Positions 1 to 11,100 of a stretch of 64,000 bases of DNA are shown one piece after another (positions within the stretch are counted from its first letter, which is position 1; each line of letters opens with the position of its first letter). The notes under the pieces were generated by a model. The model was given only the letters and a program-made list of their open reading frames with translations. It was not told the origin of the DNA and did no database searches. This stretch comes from Pecten maximus (lineage: Eukaryota), in the NCBI RefSeq assembly GCF_902652985.1, contig NC_047021.1:17670001-17734000 (forward strand), given 5' to 3'. The translations under genes were made by a program, and so were the position numbers.

Positions 1-430
1 GATCATGTTATCAACAAAACAGCATGGCATCAGAATATTAAAGGATCATGTTATCAACAAAACAGCATGGCATCAGAGTATTAAAGGACCATGTTATCAA
101 CAAAACAGCATGGCATCAGAATATTAAAGGATCATGTTATCAACAAAATAGCATGGCATCAGAATATTAAAGGATCATGTTATCAACAAAACAGCATGGC
201 ATCAGAATATTAAAGGATCATGTTATCAACAAAACAGCATGGCATCAGCATATTAAAGGATAGTGTTATCAAGAAAACAGCATGGCATCAGAATATTAAA
301 GGATCATGTTATCAACAAAATAGCATGGCATCAGAATATTAAAGGATCATGTTATCAACAAAACATTATGGCATTAGAGTATTTAAGGATCATGTCAAGA
401 AAATAACAAAATAGCATGTTATCAGAATAT
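1..430. repeat. 43-bp tandem repeat (GATCATGTTATCAACAAAACAGCATGGCATCAGAATATTAAAG), runs off the window start
   Basis: About 9 near-identical units from position 1, decaying after ~390. Confidence 0.95.
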
Positions 431-712
431 AAAAAAAAAATGTTGTCATAGAATATCATCAAAATATCATGTTAATCAAGATATAATCAAAGTAGCATGA
501 TTAAGGTGAACATAATTTTCCAATGGTTAATGAATCCTGATATTACAGGAATTAAGTGATTTCATTTGAGAAAATATAGATATTTACCAAAATGTCCACT
601 AACATGTGTGACCACATAGCTGATACAAAAAACATCTAATCAACATTACGTCCGATGAGAAATGATAAAATATCAATGTCATAATATCCACCAAAATAAA
701 CCGTACACCTTA

Positions 713-1246
713 TCACTCCTCCGGGTCACTATTGTCGCTATCAGATCCGTCTACAAGTTCTGGAACCTTAGCAGCGTCTTCCAGAAATGCAGACCAGTCT
801 TTTACGCCCCTAACACTTCCCACATGTAGTGCATATCCCAGATACCAAACAACAGCTGATACGTGTGCGCATGTGCCGACAACTCGAGCTCCAGTCTTGC
901 ATTGACAAAACCAGCCTAAAACAACAGCGGGACTGTACTCAATCCAAAGAAGATATTTCTTCGCACTGGTGTGTCGACTTTGAATACAGGCACGTAGCAT
1001 ACCATTAACCTCATCATTAACCATGATTGTGTAGTCGCCGTCCTCGCTTAAGTGCTCTGATGTGTAAGAACGAGCAAGCTTCACTTGGTACACTCCTATA
1101 GTCAGGTTTCTGATGTCTTCTTCTGACATGGAGGGAAACTGGTCAACAGCATCGGCAACATCTATAGATTTCCAGGAGTGATTTCGGATGTCGAGATTCT
1201 CCTCCTGGACACGCTGCTGAAGAGCATTCCCCTTGGACGCCAGAAC
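713..1246 (-). CDS. Transposase coding exon 3 (SWIM zinc finger, acidic tail)
   Basis: ttttgttttag|GTT CTG GCG, in frame with ORF 713..1129; contains WFCQCKTGARVVGTCAHVSAVVWYLG. Confidence 0.88.
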   Translation of the reverse strand, partial: VLASKGNALQQRVQEENLDIRNHSWKSIDVADAVDQFPSMSEEDIRNLTIGVYQVKLARSYTSEHLSEDGDYTIMVNDEVNGMLRACIQSRHTSAKKYLLWIEYSPAVVLGWFCQCKTGARVVGTCAHVSAVVWYLGYALHVGSVRGVKDWSAFLEDAAKVPELVDGSDSDNSDPEE

Positions 1247-3475
1247 CTAAAACAAAAAACAGATACTTTGATCCATTCATCATTCATGCCACAATTCCAG
1301 ACTCAAAATAACCTTATAACCATTTTTTGATATAACGATAATGTTAAGTTTTTGCAAAGAGATGTCTCTACAAATGTAAAATTAATCAACTCTAGTGACA
1401 AAAATTATGGTAATACACAGTCCGACTCATGAGATATAGTGTATACTAGTTTATCTATTTAAGTTTTTATTACCTTCATCTTAGCTGCTACCAGTTGGTC
1501 ACCTTCAGTTGTGCCGGTGTTGAGTGGTGTTCGGTAGCGGTTGCACAGGGCTGCAACAAGCCGCACGTAGTCGCCGATGGCTGGTATCTGTGTGTTCGGC
1601 ATGACATTCTGAAGATATCGCCACTGCTTCAACCTTCCATTTACTGACTCGACTATCCATCGTATTTTTGTAACGAGTCGAGAAGCATTGGCCTGGAACA
1701 GAACATAACACAAACACTTTAAATATTTTTTCTATTTATGACATTCTGAACATATTTAATCAAAGTGACAGATGTTCCCCAACAAGTGTATAAACATGTA
1801 AATAATATGGATACAGTTCTCAGTAGCTCTATATGATGCGTTTGTCTGCAAACATCTGGCATTCATATTGACATGATGTATAAAAGTTCAATACTTATTT
1901 ATGTTTACATTCCATACATTTTTTTTTCAAAATGTATGATGACTGCACAATATTTGGTAATGTTGGGAGCATCAACACAACACTAATTATAATTGTTTAT
2001 GTCACAGAAGAATTGCAATGGAACAACCTCTAGGTAATTGTATTACTTAATTAAATTGTAGGTTTATACTCATAGTAATAACATTGAATATTTTGTAATA
2101 TTACCTCTTCTGTTGTGTGTTGTTTTTGACCTTTCTGAAGGAATGTTGGCATCTGGTACTTTATTCCGAGTTCACTCAGAAACTCCAGGGAATCCCTAAA
2201 TCCTCTGTCCACAACTAGGAGGTCATCTGTCTGCAGCCAATCCTTCATGTTCTCCATGTTGGTCTTGATATTGTGTTTCAGTATGGAAGCATCGTTGTTT
2301 TTTGAATCGGCGTGATATGGTCCCAGAATAGAAACGATGTACCCAGTTGTTGTTACGATTACCATGGGTTTGACGAGTGGTCTATTTTTATGTATGCTGT
2401 AAGATCTTCGTTGAAATTGAAAATTGTTACTCTTTTCAATGTATATGTATGTGCCGTCCACAACTAATATAGCTGGTTTGTTGATCATGGTGCCAAACAA
2501 TTCTTGCGCTAGTGGTCTTGTATGGTGTTCAATTACGTCATCTCGTGTTACATGCTGGAATCCCACATTTCTTGGTGTGAAATTAACAGAAAGAAATTGT
2601 CTTGCACTCATAATCGCCCTGCGCACACTAGATTTTCCTATATTAAATAAAGTGGACAGTAGTCGGTTTGACATACCTGTTCTCAATTTAACGAGCAATA
2701 ACGCAATACATGTTCTACTTGTTCGGTTTTTTGTACATCTAATGGATGTGCTACTCGATAAAAGTAAGCACAAGTCATTGAAGTCAGCTTTTGTAATGCC
2801 TGTGAGATTCTGATAATCAGCATCAGTTAAAGAATGGTTATTATCAAAGTCAATTCGGTATCGTTCATTTCGCACTGCAATAGCTCTTATGTTTGCAATT
2901 AGTGACGAAATATCAGTTTTATTGAAATATGTGCTGCCTTCCTGAGAATTCGTCGAGTTGTCGGTCACAGAGCAAAGTGCCTCTTCATTGAAATATTTAT
3001 CTGAATCAAGGTGTTTACAGCAACATCTAGATCCAGCTAGAAGCAGATGACCCTTTTCTACAAATAGTCTAGTTCTGCAGTCGATGGAAACTGTCATCAA
3101 TTTTGAACCTCTCTTTTTGCATATACAGCAGGTGGAATGACTGTTACCAGATGACAAAATGGGTAATGGAATATTTTGAGGACTTTTAAATTGGTTATCA
3201 TTTCTAGGTTTTTTAGGCGGTGGAACATAGTTCGGATCTTTTGGTGTATCTTCACTATCAGTCACATTTTCACACAACTTAGGTTTTACAGTTTTTGCTG
3301 ACCTTTTGTATTTCACAAAACATGTTTGACATGTTACGTCATTTGCTGCAACTTCTATGGTTAAATGCTGAATAAAGCCTTTGTAGACATCAGTGTTCAC
3401 AAATCTTCTTTCTTTTGGCCGTGTACGTTTGCCACAAGCAACGCATTGAAAAGACTTAGGCCCGGTCCCTGGCAT
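713..3475 (-). CDS. Harbinger/ISL2EU-like DDE transposase with C-terminal SWIM zinc finger; join(complement 3475..2105, 1692..1474, 1246..713), 707 aa
   Basis: Three ORF-track fragments join in frame through canonical GT-AG phase-0 introns (2104-1693, 1473-1247). Motifs: VVDGTYIYIEK (D), VVDRGFRD (D), RWIVESVNG (E), HTH LVKLRTGMSNRLLSTLFNIGKSSVRR, SWIM CQC-x9-CAH. Confidence 0.9.
1474..1692 (-). CDS. Transposase coding exon 2 (catalytic Glu)
   Basis: tgttccag|GCC AAT GCT ... ATG AAG|gtaata; 73 codons encoding ANASRLVTKIRWIVESVNGRLKQW. Confidence 0.9.
2105..3475 (-). CDS. Transposase coding exon 1 (Cys clusters, HTH, first two catalytic Asp)
   Basis: ATG at 3475 lies one base after an acceptor (ttgtattgcag|A). 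The exon ends ...ACA GAA GAG|gtaata. 457 codons. Confidence 0.9.
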
Positions 3476-3974
3476 TCTGCAATACAAATCATAAATAATA
3501 TTTTAGTATAAGTTAACAAATATTAATTTCTTTTTACATATTTTGTCAATTTAGTGGTTAATATATATATATAGTATAGCCCATGCTTTTTTAATCGAGA
3601 AAATACAACAGGGTTTAATGAAAACTAGTTTGAAATGATTTTAATACATTAATTGTACTAAATAATTTAGTATTGACCTATTTTAAATGCTTAAATACTT
3701 TTCTGCATTCCTGGTTAATGTCACATAACCAAAATTTAAGTGAAAACTCAAATCAGGTCATAAAAACATTAATAACACAAATATAACACTGAATTTGGGA
3801 AATCATGGTTTTTTTTGTTTTTTTTAAAAGACAAAATTCTGATCTAGATTTGGCTTAAAAGAAGTAAAATTATTTGATTTTTTAATATTAAATTATAAAA
3901 CGAATTTCACAGACATACTTGGAAGATTTAAAAAAAAAAAAAGAGAAAGAAAAAAAGGTCATTTTAATTTCCAA

Positions 3975-4059
3975 AAGAAAAAAAATATGTCGTCAAGCGG
4001 TCTTGAACCCGCGATCTTGTGCACTGCGGCCAATCATTCAACCCCTCGACCACGCTGGC
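3975..4059 (-). pseudogene. tRNA-derived Pol III module (A box, B box, oligo-T), loosely tRNA-Cys-like
   Basis: The minus strand reads GCCAGCG TGGTCGAGGGGT ... GCCGCAGT ... GCGGGTTCAAGACCGC ... ATATTTTTTTTC. The acceptor stem does not pair, so this is not a functional tRNA. Confidence 0.6.
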
Positions 4060-5031
4060 GGAATGTCATAATTCAAAGTTTAAATGCAATTTATACGTTT
4101 GGAAGTAAAAGCCAGCAGCGTAAATTTTTCACGTTCCATTTACAACCACATTTTTCGATTTTCGACTATTTAAACTGTACGAGTACCTTAACATTACAGT
4201 TATTATAAAAATCATGGTATTTTATACATAATCTTCTAATAAACCTGTCCTACGACGGTCAGTGTAGCCGTTTTTGAAGATGTAAACACTGAAACACTTT
4301 GCAGCTGTCGTCTGCCCGCGTCGGGGCAGCAGAAGAAACACATAATTTTCTTTCTTTTCAAATGATTTGTATAGATCTACCATGATCATAACATAAAAAC
4401 AATTCTTTATTGATAACGAAAAACAGCAAACACTAGGGGATGTACTGTTGGGCCTGTCGTAGTTAAAGCCACGGCGACCGAGCGATCGAAAGCAGCACTG
4501 TACATTGTATGTGTATGTTAATGACAGGACTGAAAGAAAAGGCCACTTTATACGGAAGAAACTTGCACTTTGGTCAGATTTTGGGAACAGATCAACGCTT
4601 AAATACCTGTTTCTACTGCTAACATCTTCTGTTGAACAAATCCATCAGCCAAACTTCAAGGAGGACGATCAGTTCTCTCTTCTGTCATCGCGAAATAATG
4701 TAAACAAACACGTCTTCGATGCCGGTCTATTACAATATAACGAAACAGCCATGGTGGTGACGCTTTCCGGAATTAAGTTTATGTTTTGCGAGATAAAAAT
4801 ATGCCTTGAAAGTCAATATTTTATATTTATTTCGAAAATATAAATTATACATATTATTTTGAACAACAATACGGATAAAATGAATTTTGTTTTGATTTTA
4901 ACAAGATGATTATTTTCTATTTGAGTTGTCTTCCGGACTTCTGAAAACCGTGCTTTCCGGTCGTTTTTTTAATACAGTATACCTCATGGCAACAGCGTCG
5001 GGGGCAATCGTCGTTTTTTTCTTTTTAGGAT

Positions 5032-5132
5032 TTGGCCGCATTGATGTCCCAGCATAAAATTCAACACATGCACGTAACATTTTTATTTTGTTCCATTGGC
5101 AAAATATGATGCTGGGACATCCATGCGGCCAA
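5032..5132. repeat. 24-bp inverted repeat with 53-bp spacer
   Basis: TTGGCCGCATTGATGTCCCAGCAT (5032-5055) versus ATGCTGGGACATCCATGCGGCCAA (5109-5132); one mismatch. Confidence 0.9.
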
Positions 5133-5366
5133 TCTCAAATTTAAGTTTTCCTGAGTGAAATTTCCAACAAAATGCCTAAATCCCGCATATCGGCGTCAAG
5201 TAAACTCATTTTTTGTTAGATTTTGACAATTATTTAAAAAAAACGAAAATTGTCCCCTAGAACTACGTTTATTCAACTTCTTATTGAGGCATACACTTAA
5301 ACTAATTGTCACAGTTTAATTTCTCTAAATTTTGGGGCCAAAAATGGCCCTTATTGCACCTTATCC

Positions 5367-5517
5367 TTTGTTAATGCTTTATTCTGATTAAACAAGGCCT
5401 AGAAGTTAGTTATTAAGCTGGAATATTTCTGGGATGACACGTATGATACAATTTGTGATCAGAAATGACATTGACCTGTACTCAGGGTTATTCAGTCAGG
5501 CCCATTGGGCCTCTTGT
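5367..5517 (+). mobile_element. 3' fragment of a Helentron-like non-autonomous element (HINE)
   Basis: Ends in the terminal hairpin AGGCCCATTGGGCCTCTTGT, also seen at 53540 and 61437. Confidence 0.6.
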
Positions 5518-6189
5518 GTTTATTTACAAAATATAAATACATTGTATTGCATATTTACGATATGTAAACATATCCAAAAGATACACAGTTGATATGACAT
5601 ATGATCGAGCAGATAAAGAAGGGGTAAGGACAAGGACATGTCTGAACTGTACTTCTGATGTTCACTTGGGGAAAACACAACAGGCACTTCCTGGAGACCA
5701 ATTCGGTTTGATCTGACAGAGTTTTTCTAATTGGCTTATTTGCTGAGATTTGTTTTAACCTGATCTACATTCTGTGTAGTAACATTTCAGGAAGGCTGTC
5801 CACCATAGCTATATATACTGTATCTTGTAGATATATAGTGTTTAAAAGAAAGGATTTAAGATTTTACTTATGGAATAAAATCTGTGATGGGACAAAAGAG
5901 TACTCAATCAGTATGTGGATACCAGGTATAAAGGATAAAGATATTGTGCCAGGTGGAGTGTAGAATTTCGGTCCAGAACCTAATGGCATGATGCTCACAT
6001 CCTTGGTTAAAATTTTCATATATCTACATACTGTAACCTGTAGGATTATAGAATTCCAGGGTCTAGAACTGAACCTTGGTATGATGCTATTGTCCTCTGT
6101 TTTGATATCAACATATTCTACATACCTGGTACTTATATATTAGGATGCTATTAATCCTGTATTGGTATGTCATCAGATTTTTTTTTATT

Positions 6190-6420
6190 ATTAGATCACC
6201 TGCCCAAATGGCAAGTGAACTAAACTATGCCGTGGTGCAGCATCCGCCGTCCAGCCATCCTGCATCAATTTTTTCCTTAAAACAACTTCTTCTCAAAAAC
6301 CTAAAGTCACAGAGGTCATGTGGCATGCTAGGGTGAAGGGCCACCAAGTTTGTTCAAATGAATGACATTGACCCACATTTAAGGTCACAGGGGTCAAAAA
6401 TGCTGAAATCTTTAAATGAC
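6190..6420 (+). mobile_element. 5' part of a HINE-like element
   Basis: Degenerate TTAGATCACCTG...AAGTGAAC start, short GTCC-type tract, and one unit of the ~168-bp repeat also found at 52.7-53.4 kb. Confidence 0.6.
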
Positions 6421-7461
6421 AGCACTTTAAAATAACCCCCTCTAGACCCAATCATCTGTGGTCCAGTTTGAAGTACATTTCAATGTGATAGTACTATAAA
6501 ATAAGCACTGATTGACCCAATCATCTATGGTCCAACTTAGTACATTTCGGTGTGACAGTACTATAAAATAGCCTCCTCTAGACCCATTCATCCATGGACA
6601 TCCCTTTCTCCAGTGAATCTGGCTTCTGAAAGGATGTTAAACACCAAACAAAATCTTCGGATTCATTGCTCTAAGTACAAACCTTTATCATCAGTTAAAA
6701 TTTAAAAACCTATGAGATAAGAACTTGTATTAGGTATGGTTTTTTAGCATGATTGTGCAAGGGACTGTACGTTTGATCAGTGTCCGATCACGAGAGTCTG
6801 TATTGATCGAGTGATCCACACATTGACCATCAGATAAGCCAGGGGCCTACTCGAGACCCATTTCCAATGAAATATTGATGAATTCAGATTAACGTCTTAG
6901 AATTTCTACTACTTCTTCCATTTGGTTATTTGCATTGATGCCTGGATGCATGTATATGAGGTGATTGCTGGGCGACATTCATTTACATGATAGAAATTTT
7001 TGGCATTTTCAGATTTCGCAGTCTGTATTTTCCCCCTGAATTTTGTCTGTTTGTTCCAGTTGCTGCTTAGATCTTTAATTATCCATCTTGTTGAGATCTG
7101 AATGCAAAAGTACACAAGTATTTTCCCTATGCAGAATGGAAATATTATCTATATTTTAATGATGCCTCGATACTCAAGTTAGTGAGAGCTGGCTGCGTTA
7201 GAACTAATATCTATTGTATGTCTTCGGGGAAACCCCATGTCTCATATTGTAGCTGCTTGATGGTCTTTGGGGAAACCCCACATCTCCTTCGTCTTCGATC
7301 TTCAATATTTGAATTAGGGATCTTCATAATTACAAAGGAATAATTTTGCGTATCTTTTTAATAGTAATCTATTAATTGTCTATCAGTCTTGTGACAGCAG
7401 GAGGTTTGATTAACATATTTCCTTAAAACAGGTGTAGTATGTACAAATGTTTGTAAATTTA

Positions 7462-8132
7462 AGAAATAATTAACGATGATTCGTGTATTATTGCAGGATA
7501 TACAACGAGGACGAGGATATTTTGCAATTAAATTAATAACGAAGGCCGCAGGCCTGAGTTATTAATTAAAATTGCAAAATATCCGAGTCCGAGTTGTATA
7601 TCCTGCAACCGAGTCCGAGTTGTATATCCTGCAACAATACACGAGTCAAAGTTGATTATTTCTATTCTACCATGTACTGTTTAGTTCTGAGATCGACCTC
7701 TTTCTAATAGAAAAACAGCAAAGAAACCCCGGGAAAACCTTGTAATTTATTTCTTGAGTATTGCATTATTTGTTGGTGAAATATACAGGCAAAACAGTAC
7801 TACGATCAAGAGCATCTATCATATGGCATTGATTTTGAAAATTTAAAAAAAAGGATAAAAAAAAAAAGAAAAAAAGAAGAAAAAAAGAGAGGGGGGGGGG
7901 AGCCTCCGTAGGATCCGAACTCGCGTCGTGATAAAAATATATTGAAAGACTAACCCATTAGCCCACTCGGCTATAGTAACCTTTTATGAGACCGGTGAAT
8001 ATTAGATATTTAAAATTGTAACAGCCATGACTCACGACCGTGTATTATTGGCACGAGCGTGGGTTATTGGAAAATAATACATGGTTTTAAACCAATCAAA
8101 AAACTGGCGTTACATAGCAAACATGGTAGAAT
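7462..8132. mobile_element. Non-autonomous DNA element with a long terminal hairpin and asymmetric sub-terminal inverted repeats (Crypton- or Helentron-like, unclassified)
   Basis: Imperfect palindrome with ~85-bp arms (7462-7663) centred on AGGCC-GCA-GGCCT. ATTCTACCATGT (7664-7675) is inverted at ACATGGTAGAAT (8121-8132). Internal tRNA-like module; CCAAT motif near the right end. Confidence 0.7.
7901..7980 (-). pseudogene. tRNA-derived A/B-box module inside the hairpin element
   Basis: Minus strand TAGCCGAGTGG (A box) ... GAGTTCGGATCC (B-box-like), then C10 and T tracts. Confidence 0.55.
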
Positions 8133-11100
8133 TTGAATTATACAAGGCTACAGACATCAAATGAATGAAAAATATTACAGTTTGAGGGTTTTTACTGCTT
8201 TTGCTGTACATATGAAGAATTTGATAGAAATAATAACTTTCTCCAGTAAAGTTTTTTGTACATTGATGGTTGACCAAACCGTCAATTTATCAGTTACTAT
8301 CTTCTACCAGTCACCTATGCTTCATATATAAGCTAGTACAGCAGTATTCAAATATGTTGAAAGTAATGACTCGGTCTACATATTGGGACACAAATATTTG
8401 AATTGACACTTATTTTGATTAGAATATGTTTTAAATTCATGATAAAGAGGGTATAAATATGCCAGTCTCTAACAAATTTACTTCCCCACATGCTGATTCC
8501 AACTTTTATAGCTAAGTAGAATGGAACGTACTGTCAAGATTGATTATCTTGCAAGTATATATATAGTCAAAGTACATGACGTTGTAAATATAGCTTTTAA
8601 ATGTATATACATATGTGGTTTTGTTTGAGGAGGCACATATTGGATCTGTACACTTTTAAAGAAATTTGTTGTGTTAATTTCAAATGAAGTGAGGGTGTGA
8701 CATGTTTGAGTTGAATCTCTATAGGAACACTAACAAAACAGTATCAATTGAGAGAGAATGCCAAATTTTAATCTTAAAGTGTTCACAACCCACTCGTTTG
8801 TTTTTTCAGATATAGATATGCCAATTATTTTTTACAGCGCTTTAAATTTCTATCGGGCTTAATACTAGATTGAAACACAATAGACTATTTTGGTTAGCCT
8901 AATGGAACCTGTATCAATCGGTCAACAGCCACCGATATACATAGGTATATCAAAACTCACCTAAGTCTATAATCTGGCTTTGTGTATACTCAATCTCTAA
9001 TAACAACTTGTGGACAAACATTGAATCGACAAACTTCAGACAAAAATAGGTGGACGTACGTTTGCATTCTCCAAAATGGAACTTAAATTGAGTAACTGGT
9101 TCGATGGGTTTTTAAATCTGTGCCAATTTATAAGATTTTAAATTGTTACCAGAACGTGATTGAGAACTTGAAACTTAAGAATGATATAAAGTATATTGTT
9201 AACATATTTATAATTCAGCCTTTAAGCTACTCCAATATATACACAGTACTGTAGGTTTTAAAAATGTCATTAGTGAATCAATTTTCATCCATTTGCATCG
9301 GAAAATATGTATAAACAGACTAAGCTTTAGCATAATGAAATATACATATCCACGAAGGAATGTGTCGTGTACATGCTACATTTTCCTTTGATTTTATCCC
9401 AGAAGTTATTGATCTGTAACACTTTTCCTAGTTTACTGGTATATATGTTAGGGTACTGACAGGAAAGATTCAAAATAATGAAGCAGAAGGGATGCAGAAG
9501 GCAAAAATAACTTCACAGTAGCATACAACGATAACATGCTCCTTAAACAATTGTTACCATCATTAGAGTAATATAAAAAATGGATATGTTGTCATGTCGC
9601 TGCAGAAAAGGTTATTCTCCAGGATATTTCCTAAGTAAATTTTACAGATTTAACTAAAATTTAAAAAAAAAAGTTACAAAGTGAGAATGTTCGATTCTTT
9701 ATATTAGGTCTGTCGATGGAGAAGGATTAATTAGCCGTTGGTTAGACAATATATATAACCAAGTCAGATTGTGTATGAAGGTTGTGTATTTATATACTGA
9801 AATATCAAACGATTTGAGATATTACTAAGAAAAGTTTTTCTCAAATTGTAAGACTGTCCCCTATTGACTACAGACAGGTAAGAAATTTGATAATCTTTCC
9901 AGTCAATAAGGTGGCAGTATTATTCTGATTTCATTAAATGTTATTGTTGAAATATGTTAGGAATATGTTGAGTTGTTTTATGAGTTTGCAAGTCCTCACC
10001 AAGCCTTCAAATACAGACCATTTCAAATGATAAATATGACCACTTGCACCTCCTTGCACACTTTTTCCAGCCCCTCCCAAACTTTTTTTCCCGGCCCCTC
10101 ACACTTTTATCAGACCCCTCACACACATCTATCCGGGCCCTCAGTTAAGTCATTGAAACTGTCGTGAGTGGAAACTTCCCACTGAAGCATTTATACAACA
10201 TTTTCAGATTACCATTAAATAGTATGTATGTAAATACAGAAGTAATTAACTACAATTTCCTTTACCTGGAATGATCATGATATTTCATTTAGTAGGAACA
10301 AAAGGAGATTTAATCAATAACCTCTACTAATTGATAACTACAATGAGATGTGATTTGATTAAGGCCCTTGCTACAGACAATCAATAAAATATCTATTACC
10401 CATCATAGAACGTAAAAATGAGTAAAGAAAGCACGATCAACATATTGTCATCTATTGTACAACAGAATGATAAGAGTAAATATGAGAGGGCGGCATTCAA
10501 TTGTGGTGTTTATGAGGTGATGAGGGCCATTGAATTTGGTGTTTATTGTGGGGGCCGGAGTTATGAATAATGTTGTATTGTCAAAGGACAGTAGCAAGAT
10601 GTGTTAGAGTGGTGCTTGGTATACTACCTGTAGGTCTAACTTCAGTCCTAGTCATACATACATACACACTAAATGATTAGGTGCAAGTTCTGTAATAGGT
10701 TCCTATGGCCACCAGATCATTGAGAAATATACACAGATTCCTTTAATGGCAGTGTGTCATGTGAATAAAGTAGGTCATTCTGACCAACATTTTGACCTTT
10801 GACCTACATCAAAAAGTTTGTCTGGGCTCTATCTTTTACACTACCATATATGTACTTGGCACTGGAATTTCATACTAGGGGTACTAGATTTCCCCTGCAT
10901 GAAGCTGTGTGTCCTGTATCAAAAGTAGGTCACTCTGGCCTACATCAAAGAAAAAGTTTGTCTGGGCTCTATCTCCTTCACTACCGGCATTGGAACTTGA
11001 TGGTTAATTGCTTTGTTAATCATTTATCTATTGTTCTATATTGTTGTATTGTGTATGTTACAGGTGCCTGTTGAAGTGATCAGTGATTAGCTGTGAGTCC

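Larger units (their letters stand above)
1..5366 (-). mobile_element. PHIS-superfamily (PIF/Harbinger-ISL2EU-Spy-like) DNA transposon, probably autonomous; left end not seen
   Basis: Contains an intact spliced DDE_Tnp_4-type transposase gene. Candidate right terminus ...GGCCCTTATTGCACCTTATCC|TTT at 5366, after which the sequence switches to a Helentron-like repeat fragment. No matching left TIR was found in 1-713. Confidence 0.65.

Noticed and set aside
496-515. Left TIR of the PHIS element (GATTAAGGTGAAC)
   Set aside because: Only TAAGGTG matches the right terminus, and it is not preceded by AAA; too weak to call.
2424-2813. Plus-strand 129-aa ORF
   Set aside because: Antisense shadow of the transposase exon.
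3987-4059. Functional tRNA gene
   Set aside because: The acceptor and anticodon stems do not pair and the T arm is imperfect; kept only as a tRNA-derived module.
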